Shown here: in pieces, positions 55,869 to 64,000 of the stretch | Layout: each line of letters begins with the position of its first letter | How positions within the stretch are numbered: the first letter of the stretch is position 1 | Origin: Eledone cirrhosa | Lineage: Eukaryota | Direction of reading: 5' to 3' | NCBI GenBank assembly: GCA_964016885.1 | Contig: OZ024743.1 | Location: 234,980,001-235,044,000, forward strand | DNA: 64,000 bases | Made by a program: the position numbers and the translations under genes | Notes under the pieces: generated by a model | The model's input: the letters and a program-made list of their open reading frames with translations, nothing else | What the model was told of the DNA's origin: nothing | The model's database searches: none

Positions 55869-57634
55869 CTATATTTTAAATTTATATTTATATTTAAACG
55901 TTGAGTTCAATCTATGTCTGCAGCAACTGAATAAATTATTCCTTAAATTTAGGGAATTTTTGGTCTTTAATATAAAGAATATTTTCTCTATACAAAGATC
56001 GCAATTTTCTGAAGAGGAATTAAAAGGAGTAGGTTTTTAAATAATATTCCAAATCAGCGAATATTTAACATTATCTCGTTTTAGGTCCCATAATAGGCTA
56101 GATAGCGAAGTTGAAGATTTTTTCTTTGGATCTGTAAAAGAATTTTTATGATTATTGAAGCGTGGAGGTAGAACCGACATAATTAAATGAATTTAAATTA
56201 GTTTTAACATTACAATTATAAACTACATTTTTAGCTAAGCAGTTGTTATTTAACGGACAGTTGGATTTATTTCTACAGTTACAGTTATTCGGTTGAATAT
56301 TGCTTGGGTTATTAGTGGTATTTTGGTTAGGTTTTAAATTTCTATTATTAATTCTATTAATATTTTGCGCTAAATTTTTGGTGGAAGAGTAAGTTAATTT
56401 TATAGTATGTCTATTAAAAATTGAGTAATATCTATGTGTTCTAGGGAAGCGTTTGTCGAGAGCTTTAAAGAATAGTTTAGCAATAGGGGTTTTAATATTT
56501 AGTGAGAAAGGAGGAGCGAACCATACTATATTCCTAGTTCTATTTCTTTTTCGGCTTTCAGAATTATTGTAATGTTTTCTATTATAGTTGTTAAAATTGT
56601 TACCATAGTTAAAATTGTTATTATTTTGGTTAGTTTTTATATTATTATTATTATCGATGTATTTAATTTTATTTCTATACCCAGCTCTACCTAACGTTTC
56701 GTTGTAATAATGCGCTTTTTCATCAAATATATTCTTATTAGATGAAATTCTCGAAATTCGTTCTTGTACAGAGTTCACTATAGTATTTTTAACGGATCTG
56801 GGGTGATTAGAGTTAAAATTGACATAATTTAAGTTCTCATTTAGTTTGTGAAATGGATAATGAAGACATGTGTTAAGATTGAGTGTTACAACTAGAAAAT
56901 TGACTATTTTATGGTTATTCTCTATTTCTACTTTTAGATTAAGGTAATTAAAAAATTGTATAATTTGTTTTCTTTTTCTATTTAGTTCACAGCTATTATT
57001 TTCTATAAGTAAAAGCATGTCGTCACGATATAAACCTCCGGTTACACCTGGTATTTTTCTATGTAGAGAATTAATTATAAATAGGCCCACAAGGTCCGTT
57101 ACCTGAGCTGAGTCTGAAGATCCCATAGTTATGTCGAAATTATTATTTCTATCTGCCCTAGTCCAGAGTTGGTTATTAAATTCTATTAATGTTTTCCGTG
57201 CCGATAATATAATGTGCATTTCATTGCTAGTTATGTCTGTATGTTTAAATGTGTAAGTTAGTGCCTTATTCAGTAGATTAGGAGTGATAGATGAGTAGTA
57301 GTTAGCAATATCCAACTGAATAAACATTATTATAGTCATATTTAATTTCTTTAAACCAATCGATAACCTCACTAGTCCCTTTCCATAATTTTAAGTAAGA
57401 TAAATTAGGTAAATTCTTAATTTGTGGTATTATTCTGTTTAGAATATTTTTGCTAAGTCTGCCAAGGTCAGATTTAGATGGTGCAATTAATCTGACTGGT
57501 AAATCATTTTCAAAGTTTCTTTTATGATCCTTCATATTAATCTTAGGTTTCCTTGGCATGAAGGGTTGTGTTTTATTTTCAATGTCTAGTTCATGCATTA
57601 TACAAGAGGCATCTGTATTCAGTTTCTCTAGCAA
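55869..57634 (-). pseudogene. Frameshifted PLE RT + GIY-YIG ORF
   Basis: KDHK..RLIAPSKSDLG, FIQLDI, MGSSDSAQ, YRDD, SNHP, WFAPPF, CNC..CPL..CL..VVYNC..YVG, CRH. Confidence 0.9.
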
Positions 57635-58318
57635 TATATAGATTTCTTAATATTTAAATTCCAATTTTTAATATATTGATCTCAATTTTTAAACTAAATA
57701 TCTAATCATAGTTAAACAATGATTAATTTCTCATATTATATATGTATATTCCATTCATGAATATTAATATTTCTAATTTTATTTATTCATTTCATCTCAA
57801 TTGTTAACTTAACTTAATATGACATGACTTAAGGTTTTCGTTCTCTCCCCCTCTCTCTATCTCTATATTGCTCTCTCTTGATTTTTTTCTCTCTGTCTGG
57901 TGTTTTGATATCTCTCTCTCGTTTTTCTCTTTTTTCTTTTTTCTTTTTTCTTTTTTCTTTTTTCTTTTTTCTTTTTTCTTTTTTCTTTTTTTCTTTTTTC
58001 TTTTTTCTCTTTTTCTTTCTTTATCTCTCCCTTTCTTTCTCCACTTTTCTCTCTCTCGATTTTTCTCTCTCTCCGTCTTTTTCCTTCTCCGTAACTCCGT
58101 AACACAACGACTTACTAAGATAAACAAATCCACTATCCCTGATGTCTTCCAAAAGTAACGGTTGCATTTTGAAAGGGTATGTCAATATTTATTTATAAAA
58201 CTGGTATATATTGTATTTTGTTTGATGAAAGCATACCATAATTTAACATGGTATACTTGAAATATGTATAATAAAATAGATATGGTTTTATAAATATAGT
58301 TTCCATTTGTTAATATCG

Positions 58319-58410
<92 letters not shown>

Positions 58411-58412
58411 TA

Positions 58413-60190
58413 TCATCATCATCATCATCATCATCATTTTACGTCCGCTTTTCCCTGCTTGCAAGGGTGGGACGGGTCTTATTCAGCACAGCATCTCTCC
58501 ACTCGTCACGGTCCTTCGTCATCTCCACCGTGAGCTTCAATGATCTGAGGTCTGTTCTCACCACCTCCGCCCATGTTTTTCGTGGTCTACCTCTACCACG
58601 TCTTCCTTCAACTGGCATTTCCTGGCACTTCTTCACCCATCAGTCATCCTCCATGCGCATCACATGTCCATACCACCTCAGTCTCCTCTCCCGTACACTA
58701 CATTCTATCCCTCTCAGACACAGTTTCTCTCTCAACACATTTATGCTGGGTCGTTCACGCACATTGACATTGCACATCGAACGGAATATGCTTGCCTCAT
58801 TTCTCTCCAGCCGTCGCATATCCTCTGCAGTTGCTGCCCATGTCTCACTACCATGCAGCATCGCGCTCCTCACACAGGCATCATACAACCGGCCTTTCGT
58901 ACGCAGGGAGAAACCCTTCTTCGTCAACAGAGGAAGCAGCTCCCTAAACTTCTTCCAACCCGTCCTTATTCTAGATACTATGGCTTCGGAACACCCTCCT
59001 CCCATGCTAATCTGATCTCCTAGGTACCGGAAGCTATCCACCACTTCTATAGCGCCCTCCTGCATTTGAAAAATGTGTCTATCAATGCGACTTCTACTGT
59101 CTAATTTCCCTGTACATCTACTGCATACATATTTCTCCCTACCTGTTAGTTTGCCTGCTATCCCGCTACATCTCTTGTGTACCCAGGATCTGCATTGTGT
59201 GCATTTTATAGAATTTATGCCAGTTCCTTTTCTGCATATCGAACATGGCCATTTCCCTGACGGAATCAGGGTTTTGTCCTCTTTTCTACTCATCAACACT
59301 TTTGTCTTAGCTAGGTATACTCTCAGTCCTCTTGCTTCCAACTGCTGTTTCCATAGCCAGAATTTATTCTCTAGCTCCTCTACTGATTCTGCTATAAGAA
59401 CCAGATCGTCAGCATAGAGAAGTTTCCATGGACAGCCAGTCTTAAACTCCTCTGTTATGGCTTGGAGGACTATAATGAACAAGAGCGGGCCGAGGACCGA
59501 ACCCTGATATACTCCTACTTGTATCTGGAATTCCTCAATAAACTCCATTCCTACCCTGACTTTACTGAGAGTTCCTCTGTACAAAGTTTGCACTGTCCTC
59601 ACAAGCCATTCCTCAACACCTAGCTTCCTTAGGGACCAACAGATGACAGATCGAGGTACCCTATCAAAGGCCTTCTCTAGGTCAACAAAGACTAAGTATA
59701 GTGGCTTATTCTTCTCTAAGAACCTCTCTTGCAATTGTCTCACCAAGAAGAGGGCATCTGTTGTACTCTTCCCAGGCACAAAACCAAACTGCATCTCATC
59801 TAGTTTGACCCTTTCTCTAATTAGTTGTGCTAAAATCCTTTCTGCCACTTTCATAACCTGATCTATCAGTTTTATACCCCTATAATTGCTCCTCTCCAGA
59901 GCATCCCCTTTACCTTTGTAGCAATTTATGAGAATACTGCTGCACCAGTCTTTGGGTATGATACCACCATATATAGCCTGATTGATGATGCGTGCAACCA
60001 GTTTAGTGCCTACGTCCCCTGATGCCTTCAGCATCTCAGCAACTATTCCCGATGGTCCGGCAGCCTTACCATTTTTCATTTCCCTAATCGCCTCTTGGAC
60101 CCTATATTCGTCAATCTCAATAGCTGGTCCCTCTGTCGGATCTACCAAGGGTAATTTCTCTCTCTCCCATTTGTTCTCCACATTCATCAG

Positions 60191-60197
<7 letters not shown>
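58413..60197 (-). mobile_element. 5'-truncated RTE-clade LINE (RT domain, one in-frame TGA at 58640) with (GAT)n tail
   Basis: KAAGP, YRGIKL, QFGFVPGKSTTDA, FVDLEKAFD, QGSVLGP, YADD, YLG, RLRWYGHV, GRPRKTW; tail (TCA)n on +. Confidence 0.93.
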
Positions 60198-60948
<751 letters not shown>

Positions 60949-60954
60949 TATATA

Positions 60955-61012
60955 TAAATGTAAGTATGTATGTATACGTACATACATATATGTATACAGA
61001 CGTACAGTAGCA

Positions 61013-61092
<80 letters not shown>

Positions 61093-61227
61093 CATACAGG
61101 TACACATACATATATGCACTCATCAGTTTAGCGGACGCTTATTATAACGCCGCTTTGTTCGTTTGTCAACAAACTGAACAGCCTGAATTTATGCCATACG
61201 GTGTTAAGGCAACCACGTCACCTTTTT
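60955..61227 (-). mobile_element. Diverged partial copy of the 448-bp unit
   Basis: Matches 15524-15731 with an expanded internal (TA)n; stops before the HHR. Confidence 0.8.
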
Positions 61228-61244
61228 TTTTTTTTTTTTTTTTT

Positions 61245-61277
<33 letters not shown>

Positions 61278-61310
61278 ATATATATATATATATTATATAT
61301 ATATATATAA

Positions 61311-61680
61311 CTTGAGATGAGATTGGATGGCACATATACCCGCCTCTTAATGAGAGTGCAAAACCTATCCTGGAAACGACATCCCACCTTGTCTAAAATC
61401 TATGGCAAACTCCCTCGAGCCTCTGCCCTTCTAAAATCCCGGAGAGCTCAATTTGCTGGCCACTGTCACCGTGCCAGCAATGAAATCATATCCGCTCTCT
61501 TGCTCTGGAACCCTGACTCCAGCCTGACTAGGAGTAGGAAGCTGTCATTCCCTGACGTTATCTCTAGGGATACGGGAATCAGTAGACAGGACCTGGGGGC
61601 AGCGATGGGGTACAGGGAATTCTGGGGCATGAGAGTGAGATCCATCATCTGAACAGTAGTCGACGAATGATGATGATGAT
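61311..61680 (+). mobile_element. 3' fragment of a second RTE-like LINE family with (TGA)n tail
   Basis: RLDGTYTRLLMRVQNLSWKRHPT..RRAQFAGHC..LLW motif; (GAT)n tail. Confidence 0.7.
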
Positions 61681-61709
61681 AATATATATATATATAATAT
61701 ATATATATA

Positions 61710-61759
<50 letters not shown>

Positions 61760-61760
<1 letters not shown>

Positions 61761-64000
61761 TTTTCTTCCATTTCCACACTCCACTCAAATCCATAGTCCA
61801 ACCCATCCGACAATTCTATAGCATTTTCTCTTCCCCGAATCCAATCTTGCCTCGCTACTCCATCGTATTTCCAAAACAAATCCTCCTGTAGCTTTGTCGT
61901 ATTTTCCAAAACAATTCTTGTATTTTTTGTTATTACTTGTTAAATACGAGGTTTTTGTCGTATTTTACAAAACAAATCTTGTATTTTTGTTATCGCTTGT
62001 TAAATACGAGGATCTTACTTACTTAAACCTTACCTTCTCGCTAACAACTCAACACCCCTCCCTCCCGCCCCTACGCACCACCATTATTATTACGTGGACC
62101 AATCATAAGCCAGAGGCCTATACTATCGCTTACCTGGTTGCCTTTCGATATGATGGATGGATGGACTACGGAATTCTGGAGAGTGGAAGAGAGAAAAATC
62201 TGGACGCTCAGCGACAATGCCAAAGATAAAGACAAATTCACCTCGTGGACGAGAATGTGAGCACTCCTCTTTGTTTCGGCCGCGGATGGCTAACATAACC
62301 CCATCTCCCCCCGCTCCCCACCGCTCCCACCCTCCAAACGCAATCCAAAACTTCAGAGTTGGTACCATGAATGTAGGCACCTTAAAGGGTCGCTCTCACG
62401 AGGTTGTAGAAATGCTCGAACGTAAGGAGGTCGATGTTTGTTGTATTCAAGAGACCAGGTGGAGGGGTGGGTCTGCTAGATTCATTGAGGGTAAAAAAAG
62501 GTTGCTATAAGCTTTACTGGGTCGGAAATGACAATGGGCTGGGTGGAGTAGGTATCATGGTAGCAGAAAAGTGGGCAGATAAGATAATAGACGTAAATAG
62601 AGTGAACGACAGAATAATTAAAATAAGACTTGTCCTCAATAGAACTACGGTGACAGTAATATCTGCGTACGCACCCCAATCCGGACTGCCCGGCACTATA
62701 AAAGACAGATTCTATGAGACACTGATGCTCACTACCTCCCAAATAACCGACAGTGACTATATAATTATTGCAGGCGACCTAAATGGTCACGTTGGACAAC
62801 ATTGTGACGGCTACAACGAAATCCATGGAGGCTATGGGTTTGGTACTAGAAATGAGGAAGGCTCCAGAATCCTGGAATTCTGTGACGCAAATAACCTAAC
62901 TATCTGTAACACTAACTTCAAAAAACGTGACAATCACCTGATCACCTATAGATCGGGGGAACACACAAGCCAGGTAGATTATATCCTTACCAGAAGATGT
63001 GACAGAGTGTCTGTTGTAAACACTAAATCCCTCCCCCATGAAGAATGCACCTCCCAACATAGACTGATAATTAGCGACCTAATAGTCAGGACAAGACGTA
63101 CTAGACAACAGAAGAGGACTATCCTCAGGAGAAAAATATGGAAGCTAAAGGACCCCACAGCCAGAAATAAATTTAAAAGCATACTACTTGATGCTTTCGA
63201 CAGTAAGGAAGAGCAATTAGAGTCGTACAATATAGAGGGAGAGTGGGAATTCCTGAAAGCAAACCTGCTGATGGCGGCAGACAAAGTCTGTGGCTGGAGC
63301 AGGCCTGTAGGCAGGAGGAGAGTAACATGGTGGTAGAACAGTAAGGTGGAGGGGTCAATTAAGGCCAAAAAGCAGGCTTGGAAATTATGGCGGGATGGGG
63401 GAAGTAGAGAAGATTATCAAGTGGCTAGGAGGGAAGCTAGGAGACAAGTGTACTTCGCAAGAAGGGAAGCAGAGGAAAGAAAGTTCAAGCATGTTCTACA
63501 ATGCGAGGACCAAAAACGTGAGGTGTTCAGGATTGCTAGGCAATGTGTCAAGGAAAACCGTGATATTGTCGGGGAGAAGTGTGTACTTAATGATGACGGC
63601 GTACTTGCCATCACCGACGCTGATAAGAAGGTAGCTTGGAAGTGTCACTATGAAAGGCTACTAAATGAGGAGAATAAATGGGAGAAAGACAGTCTCCCCC
63701 ACATCGACCCAATAGAGGGACCAGCAGTGTTAGTCGAGGGTAGTATAATAAGTAAGGCAATCAAGGATATGAAGACGGGTAAGGCGGCTGGGCCTTCGGA
63801 AATAGTTGCTGAGATGCTGAAGGCATCTGGTACGGTGGGACACACCATGGTCACCCGGATAGTTAACCAAGTCGTACAGAATGGGGTTGTTCCGAAGGAC
63901 TGGCGTAGCAGCATCATCGTTAACTGTTATAAGGGTAAAGGAGATGCCCTAGATAGGAGTAACTATAGAGGCATTAAATTAATCGACCAGGTCATGAAGG
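61760..64000 (+). mobile_element. RTE-clade LINE 5' part (5' UTR, APE endonuclease, start of RT), runs off window; frameshift ~62495, TAG at 63334
   Basis: VGTMNVGTL, CIQETRW, SAYAPQ, AGDLNGHVG, QVDYIL, SQHRL, KAAGP, YRGIKL. Confidence 0.93.

Larger units (their letters stand above)
54097..58320 (-). mobile_element. 5'-truncated Naiad-like PLE with ~0.7-kb inverted 5' pLTR copy
   Basis: 57623-58320 is the reverse complement of 54185-54849; RT/GIY-YIG remnants between. Confidence 0.9.

Noticed and set aside
58638-58644. In-frame TGA in the RTE ORF as selenocysteine/readthrough
   Set aside because: No SECIS in the very short 3' UTR; an ordinary nonsense change in a truncated copy is simpler.
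62247-62296. HDV-like ribozyme at the RTE 5' end
   Set aside because: Helix order can be drawn, but P1 needs four G.U pairs, L3 is short and P4 minimal; too weak without a consensus.

Overview
AT-rich eukaryotic repeat DNA. The SINE/RTE types and microsatellite style suggest an octopus/cephalopod genome (inference). No host protein-coding gene is recognisable, and almost all ORF-track entries are translations of (TA)n/(CA)n microsatellites. The window is a nest of retroelements inserted into degenerate (TA)n tracts. It holds five Penelope-like elements (PLEs) with RT and/or GIY-YIG remnants resembling the Naiad clade (two nearly intact), one Neptune-like PLE 3' end, several solo pLTR fragments, RTE-clade LINE copies and tRNA-type SINEs. 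Reading both strands by eye gave about 24 hammerhead ribozyme (HHR) motifs in 12 sequence families. Many are atypical: stem II extended to 53-115 nt, U3:A8 or U4C cores, or U.U at the base of stem II. Three non-coding tandem units (448, 483 and 495 bp) look like PLE-mobilised retrozymes. The 495-bp unit carries a candidate new HHR architecture: complete core, permuted topology, a multi-helix junction in place of stem II and a 6-bp kissing loop. Most PLE copies have a 5' fold-back inversion, and one inversion starts exactly at a predicted HHR cleavage site. All RNA folds are manual predictions and are untested.
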